Origin: Peptococcaceae bacterium
Lineage (GTDB): Bacteria; Bacillota; Desulfotomaculia; Desulfotomaculales; JACDOK01
DNA: 64,000 nucleotides
NCBI GenBank assembly: GCA_017656185.1
Contig: JACDOK010000001.1
Coordinates: forward strand, 205-64,204
Direction: 5' to 3'
In this document: one piece after another, positions 22,175 to 30,955 of the stretch
Layout: the number at the start of each line of letters is the position of its first letter
Numbering within the stretch: the first letter of the stretch is position 1
The notes under the pieces: model-generated
Seen by the model: the letters and a program-made list of their open reading frames with translations, nothing else
Databases searched by the model: none
Told to the model about the DNA's origin: nothing
Made by a program: the position numbers and the translations under genes

Positions 22175-23490
22175 TATCCTTCACCTACTTCCCGCCACCA
22201 TTGTTGTAGCGTCGCTAGGGCCCTCTGCGCATATTTTTCGTAACGCATCCTTTTATTCCGAACGCGCTTTGGCAGCGGAGGGAAAAGCCCAAAATTGACG
22301 TTCATAGGCTGAAAATGACGCGGGTCAGCCGTCGTAATGTATCGCATCAAGGCACCGTGTGCCGTTTCGGGAGGAAATACCAGTGTTTCACGCCCGGCAC
22401 TCCAACGGGCCGCATTGACACCCGCTACCAACCCGGCGGCGGCTGATTCAACATATCCTTCAACACCGCATATTTGTCCCGCAAAAAAAAGCCCTTTTCG
22501 CCGGCGCGACATGAGAGTGGCTTCCAGTAAGGCGGGTGCGTTCAGATAGGTATTGCGATGCATTACGCCGTAGCGCACAAACTCGGCATTCTCCAAACCC
22601 GGTATCATGCGAAAAACCCTCTTCTGTTCACCCCATTTGAGATGGGTCTGAAATCCCACCAAATTGAAAAGCGTGCCTTCTTGATTGTCCTGGCGGAGCT
22701 GCACAACGGCATAGGGGCATTTTCCGGTACGCGGGTCCTCCAGACCTACAGGCTTTAAAGGACCATAACGGAGTGTGTCCGGCCCCCGCCTAGCCAAAAT
22801 CTCAATCGGCATACAGCCCTCAAAAAAAATATCCTTTTCAAATTCATGACAGGGTGCGGTTTCGGCATTAACGAGCGCCTGCCAGAAAGATTCATAGGTT
22901 TCCTGATCCATCGGGCAGTTCAGGTAGGCAGGCTCACCCTTGCCATAACGTGAAGAGCGGTAGACCTTTGTCTGGTCAATTGACTCGAGGGTAACAATAG
23001 GGGCGACGGCATCAAAAAAATACAGGTATTCCTCGCCGGTGAACTCGCGAATGCTCTCCGCCAAAGACCCCGCCGTTAACGGGCCCGTAGCCAAAATCAC
23101 CACATCATCCTCAGGTATCGCCCGCACCTCTTCGCGATGAACTTTGATTAAGGGATGTTCTTCCAACATCTCCGTAACGGTCGCCGCAAACCTCTCACGA
23201 TCCACGGCCAAGGCACCGCCAGCGGGTATCCTGGTCGCGTCAGCACACCGCATGATAAGGGAATCAAGACACCGCATCTCTTCCTTTAAAAGACCTACCG
23301 CATTCGTAAGCGCCGCGGCACGTAACGAGTTCGAACAAACCAATTCGGCAAAATATCCGGAATGGTGCGCCGGCGTTTGCTTACCCGGGCGCATTTCATA
23401 AAGGGTAACAGGAATGTTTCTCTTCGCTACCTGCCATGCAGCCTCGGAACCGGCCAAACCGGCTCCGACGACAACCACTTCACGCGTCAT
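22174..23490 (-). CDS. trmFO: Methylenetetrahydrofolate--tRNA-(uracil-5-)-methyltransferase TrmFO (Gid)
   Basis: 438-aa ORF with the [13 protein letters not shown] motif and topA-gid synteny. Confidence 0.95.
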   Translation of the reverse strand: MTREVVVVGAGLAGSEAAWQVAKRNIPVTLYEMRPGKQTPAHHSGYFAELVCSNSLRAAALTNAVGLLKEEMRCLDSLIMRCADATRIPAGGALAVDRERFAATVTEMLEEHPLIKVHREEVRAIPEDDVVILATGPLTAGSLAESIREFTGEEYLYFFDAVAPIVTLESIDQTKVYRSSRYGKGEPAYLNCPMDQETYESFWQALVNAETAPCHEFEKDIFFEGCMPIEILARRGPDTLRYGPLKPVGLEDPRTGKCPYAVVQLRQDNQEGTLFNLVGFQTHLKWGEQKRVFRMIPGLENAEFVRYGVMHRNTYLNAPALLEATLMSRRRKGLFFAGQICGVEGYVESAAAGLVAGVNAARWSAGRETLVFPPETAHGALMRYITTADPRHFQPMNVNFGLFPPLPKRVRNKRMRYEKYAQRALATLQQWWREVGEG

Positions 23491-23493
23491 GTC

Positions 23494-25578
23494 TTACCCT
23501 CCGTTCGGTACCTTTTCCGAATAAGTACAATCAGGATTAGCACAATAAAAAGTCTTGTTTTTCTTAGTTGTTTTTTGCACCAGGAAGGTACCGCACTCCG
23601 GGCATTGCTCTTTTACCGGCTCCCCCCAACTGGTAAAGTCGCAGTTGGGGTACCCGGCACACCCGTAAAAAACCCGGCCTTTTTTACTGCGACGGCGTAC
23701 AATGGCTTTACCGCATTTGGGGCACTTAAAACCGGTGTCTTCCAACAGGGGGCGGGCATTGCGGCATTCGGGAAACCCGGGACAGGCTAAAAAACGTCCG
23801 TAGCGTCCCATCTTAATAACCATATTCCGCCCGCACTTTTCGCACACCTCATCAGTAACTTCCTTATCGGCTACTTTAACACGTCCGATCTCATCTTCCG
23901 CTTTAGCAACCTCAACCTTGAACTGCTTGTAGAACCGTTCCAAAATCTCTACCCAGTCGAGGTCACCTTCTTCAATTTTATCCAGTTCTTCTTCCATTTC
24001 GGCGGTGAACTCGGGGTTAATAATATCGGGAAAATACTCTTTCAACAGTTCAATCACTACCATGCCAAGTTCTGTCGGATGCAGGTTCTTACCCCTGCGT
24101 ATCACATAGCCCCGACGCTGAATGGTATCCACCACCGGGGCATAAGTACTGGGACGCCCAACACCGAGCTCCTCGAGAGTGCGTACCAGCGTAGCTTCGG
24201 AATAACGCGGCGGTGGTTGCGTAAAATGCTGCTTGGGCGTACGTCTTAAAGCACGGACAAGCTCACCTTCCGCGAGTTCCGGCAGTATCGCGAACTCGTC
24301 TCGCTTCTCATCCAAGTCCTCATAGACCTGCAAGAACCCGGGAAAAGTAATAATGGACCCGGTAGCACGAAAGGTATACCGGCCGGCCACAATGTCGACG
24401 CGTGTGGTATCAATGACGGCAAATGCCATCTGGCTCGCTACAAACCGCGACCAAATGAGGCTATAAAGTTTGTACTGATCCGGCGTTAGGTACTCCTTTA
24501 TTTGGTCGGGATGCCGCTTTACCGAAGTAGGCCGAATGGCCTCGTGCGCATCCTGTACTTTACCTTTAACATTATACTGCCTCTTTTCAGAAGGCAAAAA
24601 CTCTTCGCCAAAATACTCTTTTATGAAGGCGCGGGCCTCGTCCTGGGCCGCAGCCGCCACCCGCGTTGAATCCGTACGAATATAAGTAACCAAACCGGTA
24701 GGGCCTTCTCTGCCCAGGCTGAGCCCTTCATATAATTGTTGCGCCACGGCCATGGTCCTGCGCGCCGTAAAGTTCAGGCGCTTATTGGCCTCTTGCTGCA
24801 AAGTACTGGTAGTGAAAGGAGGTGCGGGGTGCCGTTTCTTTTTATTACGCTCGACATCGCGTACCACATAGGTAGCACCTTTGAGGTCAGCAAGTATCTG
24901 CTGCATGCTCGTTTCGTCCGGAACGGTGCGCTTTTCACCGTCAATCTTATGCAACTTGGCACGGAACTTTTCTTCCTTGGCGTTGGCGAAATCGATGGTC
25001 AAGCTCCAGTATTCTTCGGGTTCAAAGTTTTCAATTTCTTTTTCCCGCTCGGTGATAAGATAAACGGCAACAGACTGGACCCGGCCGGCGCTTAAGCCCT
25101 TTTTTACTTTACGCCACAACAGCGGGCTGAGGTTATAACCGACGATGCGGTCAAGAATGCGGCGGGCCTGCTGCGCATTTACCCTGTTTTTGTCTATGAT
25201 ACGGGGATGTTTTAAAGCACTGATCACCGCCTGCTTGGTAATCTCATTAAACTCAATACGGCACGGCGCATCGGGATCGATCTTCAAGAGCTGCTGCAGG
25301 TGCCATGCAATCGCTTCGCCCTCACGGTCAGGGTCGGAAGCCAGCAGTACGTGGTCGGCCTTTTTGGCTGCCGCGCGCATTTCCTTTATCGTCTCACCCT
25401 TACCTCGAATAGTAATATATTTGGGCTTAAACCCGTTATCAACATCAACCCCAAACTGGCTTTTGGGAAGATCCCGTACATGGCCCATCGAAGCCACGAC
25501 ACGGTACTTGCGTCCTAAGAACTTGTTCAATGTCTTTGCTTTAGCAGGGGATTCCACAATAACAACCGTCTTCGCCAT
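23494..25578 (-). CDS. topA: DNA topoisomerase I
   Basis: 694-aa ORF with a TOPRIM N-terminus (VIVESPAKAKT), the active-site region and C-terminal Cys4 zinc ribbons. Confidence 0.95.
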   Translation of the reverse strand: MAKTVVIVESPAKAKTLNKFLGRKYRVVASMGHVRDLPKSQFGVDVDNGFKPKYITIRGKGETIKEMRAAAKKADHVLLASDPDREGEAIAWHLQQLLKIDPDAPCRIEFNEITKQAVISALKHPRIIDKNRVNAQQARRILDRIVGYNLSPLLWRKVKKGLSAGRVQSVAVYLITEREKEIENFEPEEYWSLTIDFANAKEEKFRAKLHKIDGEKRTVPDETSMQQILADLKGATYVVRDVERNKKKRHPAPPFTTSTLQQEANKRLNFTARRTMAVAQQLYEGLSLGREGPTGLVTYIRTDSTRVAAAAQDEARAFIKEYFGEEFLPSEKRQYNVKGKVQDAHEAIRPTSVKRHPDQIKEYLTPDQYKLYSLIWSRFVASQMAFAVIDTTRVDIVAGRYTFRATGSIITFPGFLQVYEDLDEKRDEFAILPELAEGELVRALRRTPKQHFTQPPPRYSEATLVRTLEELGVGRPSTYAPVVDTIQRRGYVIRRGKNLHPTELGMVVIELLKEYFPDIINPEFTAEMEEELDKIEEGDLDWVEILERFYKQFKVEVAKAEDEIGRVKVADKEVTDEVCEKCGRNMVIKMGRYGRFLACPGFPECRNARPLLEDTGFKCPKCGKAIVRRRSKKGRVFYGCAGYPNCDFTSWGEPVKEQCPECGTFLVQKTTKKNKTFYCANPDCTYSEKVPNGG

Positions 25579-25613
25579 TAATTCACCTCGTTGCCGTACT
25601 CTGTTTCCAAATA

Positions 25614-26708
25614 TTAGTCTTCAAGCTGCAAACTACAGTATAACCCGCCCGGTAACCGGCGCACAAGTCCCTTTATTTCCATCACGGATAATGCCGCCGA
25701 AACCTGTTGGGAATTTAGCCCCAGGCGCGCGGTAATGGCATCCTTACTTAAAGGTTCCCATTGTAACATTTTTAATATCCTACGCTCATTGTCATCAAAT
25801 ACATTGGGCGACTGCACCACCATCCCTTTACGGGCTGGGAAAAGACTGGTCAGACCTATTTCTTCCAGCACATCGCCGACATTTTCTACCAGTTTAGCGC
25901 CCTGTTTAATTAACCTGTTGGGCCCCTTGGCAACCGGTATAGTTATATTGCCCGGAACGGCCATAACTTCCCGGCCCTGCTCCAACGCCAAAGATGCCGT
26001 AATCAAAGCGCCGGAACGTGCAGCCGCCTCTACCACAATGATACCCCGCGACAATCCACTAATAATTCTGTTGCGCAGGGGAAAGTGCCAGGGTTCCCCG
26101 GGTGATTCCGGAGGAAACTCTGTCAAAACTAAACCTGCAGCTGCAATTTCCTCCATCAGCTTAGTATTTTCTCTCGGATAGACATTGTCTAAACCCGTCC
26201 CTAACACGGCAATCGTACGCCCCCCGGCCGCCAGTGCTCCCTTATGAGCCGCCGTATCAATGCCCCGGGCCATACCACTGACCACCGTAACACCATTACG
26301 TGCTAAATCTCCGGCCAGCTTTTCCGCTACTGTTTTACCATAATAAGTCGCTTTCCGCGACCCCACTATTGCCACCGCAATATCGTCTCCGGCGCAAAAA
26401 CTTCCTTTGTAAAACAGTACTACCGGGGGATCATAAATGTGTTTCAGCATTTGCGGATAAACGTCATCATCGTAACAAATAAAGTCTATACCTAAAGCCG
26501 CAAGCTTTTCCTGAGCCTCTTCCAGATTAATCCGGTCCCTTTGGGCTGCAATTTTATGAGCCTTTTTGGGCTTGATACCGGCAGTGATCATATCTTCAGC
26601 CGCTGCATGCCACGCAGTCTCCGGTGATCCAAAATGGTCAATAAGATCCAGCACCGCCCGTGCATCACCGGGCATGTAGCCCCATCCCAACCAGTATTTC
26701 CTGGACAA
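25614..26708 (-). CDS. dprA: DNA-processing protein DprA (Smf)
   Basis: 364-aa ORF with a Rossmann-like DprA core (GSRKAT, SGMARGID). Confidence 0.9.
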   Translation of the reverse strand: MSRKYWLGWGYMPGDARAVLDLIDHFGSPETAWHAAAEDMITAGIKPKKAHKIAAQRDRINLEEAQEKLAALGIDFICYDDDVYPQMLKHIYDPPVVLFYKGSFCAGDDIAVAIVGSRKATYYGKTVAEKLAGDLARNGVTVVSGMARGIDTAAHKGALAAGGRTIAVLGTGLDNVYPRENTKLMEEIAAAGLVLTEFPPESPGEPWHFPLRNRIISGLSRGIIVVEAAARSGALITASLALEQGREVMAVPGNITIPVAKGPNRLIKQGAKLVENVGDVLEEIGLTSLFPARKGMVVQSPNVFDDNERRILKMLQWEPLSKDAITARLGLNSQQVSAALSVMEIKGLVRRLPGGLYCSLQLED

Positions 26709-26802
26709 TGGCAGTCGCTCCCTTAAAGATTTGCCACTTCTTTCGGGAATGGTACTCCCAATCCCTGCCTGTAATAGCTAATTAGTTCTTTATACTGGTC
26801 GG

Positions 26803-26956
26803 TAATGAAGGAATTGTGTTACAACTGTGTCACTACCGTATCACAGCCCAGCACTCAGTGGTGATAATTAAAGATAGGAGCGTTAAAACAATCGTTAAAC
26901 CAAGCAGAACGAACATATGAACCCTCTATTGTTTACTGAGTGCTGGGCGTATCACA
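26803..26956. repeat. Interspersed mosaic repeat, copy 2 (dprA / LigD-pol spacer)
   Basis: Three 11-bp units (read on the minus strand: CTGTGATACGG TAGTGACACAG TTGTAACACAA). Then GCCCAGCACTCAG (26846-26858), 77 nt, and CTGAGTGCTGGGC (26936-26948), flanked by direct GTATCACA octamers (26838-26845 and 26949-26956). Confidence 0.85.
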
Positions 26957-27848
26957 CATCCATTTCTAACAAAGGCTTCAGATCATACCGCCGGTCAAAA
27001 AAACCTGCATAAAGGTCGCCTACCCGGTGCAGGCGGGAGAGCGTGGTTTTTATGGTAAAATCGCCGGGGCGCAGGGAGGCGTCGTTTACTTCTTCCCAGC
27101 TCAGGGGCATCGATACGGGCGCCCCGGGCAAAGGCCGGACACTGTAAGGAAAGGCCATCGTTTTGCCGCGCGTGTTTTGCAGGTAATCGACATAAACCTT
27201 ACCTTTACGGTTTTCGATCTTCCTCTCCACCGTACCATAAGGGCAGACCTTAACAACAAACCCGGCGATAATTTTCAGGGCTTTCGTTACCTCGCTAAAG
27301 GTGTAAACCGGGCGGAGAGGAATAAAGATGTGTATACCGGTGGCACCGGATGTTTTGGGAAAACCGTCCAGGCCAAACTCGCGTAATGCGGCCCGCGCCA
27401 GAAGGGCCACCTCTCTGACTTTTTCAAATTCGGCCCCTTCGGCCGGGTCAAGATCCAACACGCCAATGTCGGGGTACGATATATGTTCCACCCTTGAAAG
27501 CCAGGCATGCATTTCTATGGCGGCCTGGTTGGCCAGCCAAACCAGCGTGGCAGCATCCCGGTACACGATATATCGTACTACTTTCTCAGCATCGCTGTGT
27601 TCAATGGCAACAGTGGCAATCCACTCCGGCGCATAGGCAGGACACTCCTTTTGATAAAAATTTTCTTTATCAATGCCGTTTGGGAACCTGTTCATTACGG
27701 CAGGCCGGTCCTTTAAATAAGCTAAAGCGTAAGGAGCAACCTTGTAATAATAATTAATAAGATCGGCCTTGGTAATTCCCTCCGCCCACAGCTTTTTGTC
27801 CAAATTTGATAATTCCACTACACGTCCATCTATATTAATTTTAGGCAC
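26952..27848 (-). CDS. Stand-alone LigD polymerase/primase domain protein (NHEJ)
   Basis: 298-aa ORF; the N-terminus (IDGRVVELSNLDKKLW) and overall sequence are typical of the LigD PolDom (AEP family). Confidence 0.85.
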   Translation of the reverse strand: MPKINIDGRVVELSNLDKKLWAEGITKADLINYYYKVAPYALAYLKDRPAVMNRFPNGIDKENFYQKECPAYAPEWIATVAIEHSDAEKVVRYIVYRDAATLVWLANQAAIEMHAWLSRVEHISYPDIGVLDLDPAEGAEFEKVREVALLARAALREFGLDGFPKTSGATGIHIFIPLRPVYTFSEVTKALKIIAGFVVKVCPYGTVERKIENRKGKVYVDYLQNTRGKTMAFPYSVRPLPGAPVSMPLSWEEVNDASLRPGDFTIKTTLSRLHRVGDLYAGFFDRRYDLKPLLEMDV

Positions 27849-28000
27849 CCGATACCATCTCCAAAATTTAACTCAAAGGTAGGTTGTACCGATCTGTAAA
27901 GAACAATACACCTCCCGGCAGAAAATTATGCGCCTCCAGCACTAAAGAAAGAATCATAAACTACCTTGGAACGGCAAAAAATATAGTGGGGTGATTATTC

Positions 28001-28183
28001 TTGGCAAAAAAGAAACCTAAAAAGCATGATCCCGCCGAACTTGAAAAATTAAAATGGGAAACGGCGCGCGAGCAGGGACTGGAAGATAAACTAAAAAATG
28101 GCGCTGAGATGAGTGTCCGGGAAGCCGGTAAAATCGGAGGCCAGATGGTCAAAAAACTCGCTCAGGCGGGGAAAAGGCGCTAA
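28001..28183 (+). CDS. Small acid-soluble spore protein, alpha/beta type
   Basis: 60-aa ORF with the K.E.A.E.G...R..G..GG.M.KKL pattern of alpha/beta SASPs. TTG start after GTGGGGTGA. Confidence 0.7.
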   Translation: MAKKKPKKHDPAELEKLKWETAREQGLEDKLKNGAEMSVREAGKIGGQMVKKLAQAGKRR

Positions 28184-28242
28184 CGATATCAATTTAAAAA
28201 AATATTTACAACTACGTATAATTTTTTGCTTCGCAGGGTAAT

Positions 28243-28320
28243 GCAAGGTGCAACAATTTTTTACGATACAGAGCCTTAAGGGATTAAGGTTCCGTGGAAA
28301 AGTTGCACCTTGCTTTTTTT
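28243..28320 (+). terminator. Rod-like composite hairpin (about 27 bp paired) plus U7, 60 nt after the SASP stop
   Basis: GCAAGGTGCAAC/GTTGCACCTTGC (12 bp), UUUUUUACG/CGUGGAAAA (9 bp including 2 G-U pairs), CCTTAA-GGGA-TTAAGG (6 bp), then TTTTTTT. Confidence 0.65.
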
Positions 28321-28326
28321 AGGATA

Positions 28327-28686
28327 TTACCAGGGATGGGTACCTATTATAACCGGAATACCCGTTTTCTCTTCAATGGTTTTACTGATGGCTGTGAGAT
28401 CAATAGGACACTTGGCGGTACCTACAGCCTTTTTGATACAACTACCCAGATGGATATAGTCTATCGGCCGGTCATAAGCCTTGGAAAGATCCACGATCAA
28501 ACCCACCTTAGGCATGACCAACCCGGGGCAATCACCACAGTCGCCCATAGCCACAATGTCGATTTCTTCATTACTATAACGACCGAATTCTCCGGCCCTT
28601 TCCTTGATGGCCTTGAAACACTTCATGCATGAAACACACGTGACATCTTTGATCTTTTTGCATGACAGGATAACGATACGCGCCAT
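28327..28686 (-). CDS. CGGC domain-containing protein
   Basis: MARIVILSCKK..., Cys-rich, with a GDCGDCPG motif. The ATG at 28686 follows GGGGAGGAG; the longer track ORF starts upstream of this SD. Confidence 0.7.
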   Translation of the reverse strand: MARIVILSCKKIKDVTCVSCMKCFKAIKERAGEFGRYSNEEIDIVAMGDCGDCPGLVMPKVGLIVDLSKAYDRPIDYIHLGSCIKKAVGTAKCPIDLTAISKTIEEKTGIPVIIGTHPW

Positions 28687-28838
28687 ACTAACTCCTCCCC
28701 AATAATCACTAAATTGATAGCATATTATCACGGTTTTTGAGGATGATACAACGGTCATATATGAGCTTTTAAGTCTAATCGCTGTTTTCTATCCTGTATA
28801 TCTTTAATTTTCATAAGTATTTAACACTTGTCCAATAA

Positions 28839-29798
28839 TTATCGGCAAACATTGCTGGCTGCAGGAGTACATTCCCGGGGGGCTTTATCGAAACGAAATC
28901 CCTTAAAACTGGGATGTCTGAGCAAACCATCTTCCGTAGTTTCGGTATATTCGACAGTGCATACCAGTACCGGTTCCACCCAGATAACGTTTTGACTCTC
29001 CGGGGAACGAAACCTTAACGGCATTTCCTTAATGGTAATCTGGTTCAGTAACTTTATCAGTTCCTTTTCCATATCAGATGTAAATCCCGTGCCGACACGT
29101 CCTTGATACACATAACCCTTTCCATCCCAAGCACATAACAAAAGCGACCCTAAAGTTCTGCGTCCCCGGCCCGGTTGGTAACCGCATATCACCAGGTCGG
29201 CCGAGCGCGAGGTACGGATCTTTTTCCAGTACGCGCTTCTTTTGCCGGGAAGGTAAGGGCTGCCGAGCTTCTTGGCCATGATGCCTTCCAAGCCCTTAGC
29301 AGCACAAGCATCGAAGAATGCTGTTCCATCACCGGTTATGAACTCTGATAGGCATAAATATGCATCCTTCCTCAATATGCCCGCCAAAAGCTCCTTGCGG
29401 TTTTCTATTTTTTCCCAGAGCACCGGCCGCCCCCGCCATAAAAGAATGTCAAATACCACATATACGGCCGGCATCTCCAAGCTGAGGCGCTCGATTTTAA
29501 ACGCGTTCTGACTTTGGTTTCTCTTTTGGAGAGCGGCAAAACTTGGTTTACCTTTCTGCATAATCACAATTTCGCCATCCAGGATAGCGGGCCAGCCAAC
29601 CACCATATCGTGCAGTTTTTGTAATTCCGGGAAGAGGGGGGAAAGATCCCGCAGGTTGCGCGATCTCAGGGTGGTTTTGGTCTTCTCCAGGTAGGCCAGG
29701 CACCGGTAACCGTCCCATTTAACTTCAAACAAGTAATCAGGGCTGTCAAAAGGTTCGGCCCGGCAGGCCAGCATGGGGCGCCAGAGCGGCAGGTTCAT
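28839..29798 (-). CDS. ligD: ATP-dependent DNA ligase (LigD ligase domain only)
   Basis: 319-aa ORF with motif I EVKWDGYR and an OB-fold C-terminus. ATGA overlap with the ku stop. Confidence 0.9.
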   Translation of the reverse strand: MNLPLWRPMLACRAEPFDSPDYLFEVKWDGYRCLAYLEKTKTTLRSRNLRDLSPLFPELQKLHDMVVGWPAILDGEIVIMQKGKPSFAALQKRNQSQNAFKIERLSLEMPAVYVVFDILLWRGRPVLWEKIENRKELLAGILRKDAYLCLSEFITGDGTAFFDACAAKGLEGIMAKKLGSPYLPGKRSAYWKKIRTSRSADLVICGYQPGRGRRTLGSLLLCAWDGKGYVYQGRVGTGFTSDMEKELIKLLNQITIKEMPLRFRSPESQNVIWVEPVLVCTVEYTETTEDGLLRHPSFKGFRFDKAPRECTPAASNVCR

Positions 29799-30613
29799 GA
29801 TCCCGTACGGCGCCGTTTCTGTTCGGTTTTGGCTTCCCGGCGTTCTTTCTTGGCCAGTTCAATGCTCGATCTTAAAGCCTCTATCAGGTCCACCACATTC
29901 TCAGCGTCTCTGGCGGGCGGTTTCACGGCGGCTTCTCCCGCCACCTTAGCCCTGATTACGTCCAGTAGCGCTTCACGTCGCTCGTCCGTATATTTTTCGG
30001 GTTTGAATTCGGCAGAGAGATTATTTATGAGACTTAAGGCCATCTTTTTCTCATTTTCGTGCACTTTCACCCGGTAATTTAATTCCGGCAGGGCTTTGGG
30101 GGAACGCACCTCATCCGGATACAGCATGGTGTTCATTACCAAAACATCGTTATATACTCTTACGGCGGACAGCGTTTCTTTACTCCTTATTACAACACGC
30201 GCGATCCCCACCTTTTCGCTTTCAGCCATCGCCTGCCGCAAGAGTTCATAAACTTTCTCGCCACCTTCCGCCGGCGTCAAATAGTATGGTTTAATGAAAT
30301 AAATCGGGTCAATTTCGTGAAGATCAACAAAATCTATAAGCGCAATATTTTTGCCACCTTCGGGCACCGCCGCTTCCAGGTCTTCCTCGCTTAATACAAC
30401 ATACCGGCCTTTTTCATATTCATAACCGCGTACAATTTCTTCAGGTGGTACCTCCTCTTCACAGTAGGGACAAAAGCGCCGGTATCTGATCGGAGTATGG
30501 CACTCCTTATGGAGAAGGTTAAACTTAACATCTTTTTTGTCCGTAGCCGTATAAAGCTTGACCGGAATATATACGAGCCCGAAGGTCATAGCCCCTTTCC
30601 AAAGCGGCCGCAT
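29795..30613 (-). CDS. ku: Non-homologous end joining protein Ku
   Basis: 272-aa ORF starting WKGAMTFGLVYIPVKLY, with a basic C-terminal tail. Confidence 0.95.
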   Translation of the reverse strand: MRPLWKGAMTFGLVYIPVKLYTATDKKDVKFNLLHKECHTPIRYRRFCPYCEEEVPPEEIVRGYEYEKGRYVVLSEEDLEAAVPEGGKNIALIDFVDLHEIDPIYFIKPYYLTPAEGGEKVYELLRQAMAESEKVGIARVVIRSKETLSAVRVYNDVLVMNTMLYPDEVRSPKALPELNYRVKVHENEKKMALSLINNLSAEFKPEKYTDERREALLDVIRAKVAGEAAVKPPARDAENVVDLIEALRSSIELAKKERREAKTEQKRRRTGS

Positions 30614-30628
30614 GGCAAAACCCCCAGT

Positions 30629-30659
30629 CCAATAGAATATCCAATGGAATATACAATTG
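30629..30659. repeat. Two abutting 12-bp units CCAATAGAATAT CCAATGGAATAT followed by ACAATTG, 16-46 nt upstream of the ku ATG
   Basis: Read directly. The same motif occurs at 2645-2686, and a single unit at 3993-4004. Confidence 0.6.
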
Positions 30660-30759
30660 CCTTGATCATGCTTACTACCTCGAAAACACCAGTTTATGGC
30701 AACTCTCTAAGCCCCTTTCTACTCACTTAGTTTTAACATGAACCGCCCTTGTTATTTCT

Positions 30760-30786
30760 CAAAAAGAAACCGGGGATATCCCCGGC
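30760..30786 (-). terminator. Rho-independent terminator of the spoVR transcription unit
   Basis: Minus strand CCGGGGA-TA-TCCCCGG followed by TTTCTTTTT. Confidence 0.7.
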
Positions 30787-30804
30787 TTAGACGTCAACGT
30801 GCAC

Positions 30805-30942
30805 TTAAGGTTCCATGCCGCGCCCGTCTCCTTTTACTTCACGTGATACCCAGTAGTTTTCGCATACCTCCCACTGCCTTAAGCCCTTAATCCTCCGGCC
30901 CCCTTTGACCCTTAGCATTTTACGGGGCCAAACACGCGGCAT
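30805..30942 (-). CDS. Possible 45-aa basic small protein downstream of spoVR
   Basis: ATG preceded by AGGGGG at 7 nt. Translation MPRVWPRKMLRVKGGRRIKGLRQWEVCENYWVSREVKGDGRGMEP. It lies between the spoVR stop and the terminator. No family recognised. Confidence 0.3.
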   Translation of the reverse strand: MPRVWPRKMLRVKGGRRIKGLRQWEVCENYWVSREVKGDGRGMEP

Positions 30943-30955
30943 AATACATCCCCCT

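Noticed and set aside
27961-28632. Track ORFs 27961-28152 (-) and 28294-28632 (+), antisense to the SASP and CGGC genes.
   Set aside because: These are shadow ORFs of the better-supported SASP (conserved GG.M.KKL motif) and CGGC-domain genes. They show no SD and no homology pattern.
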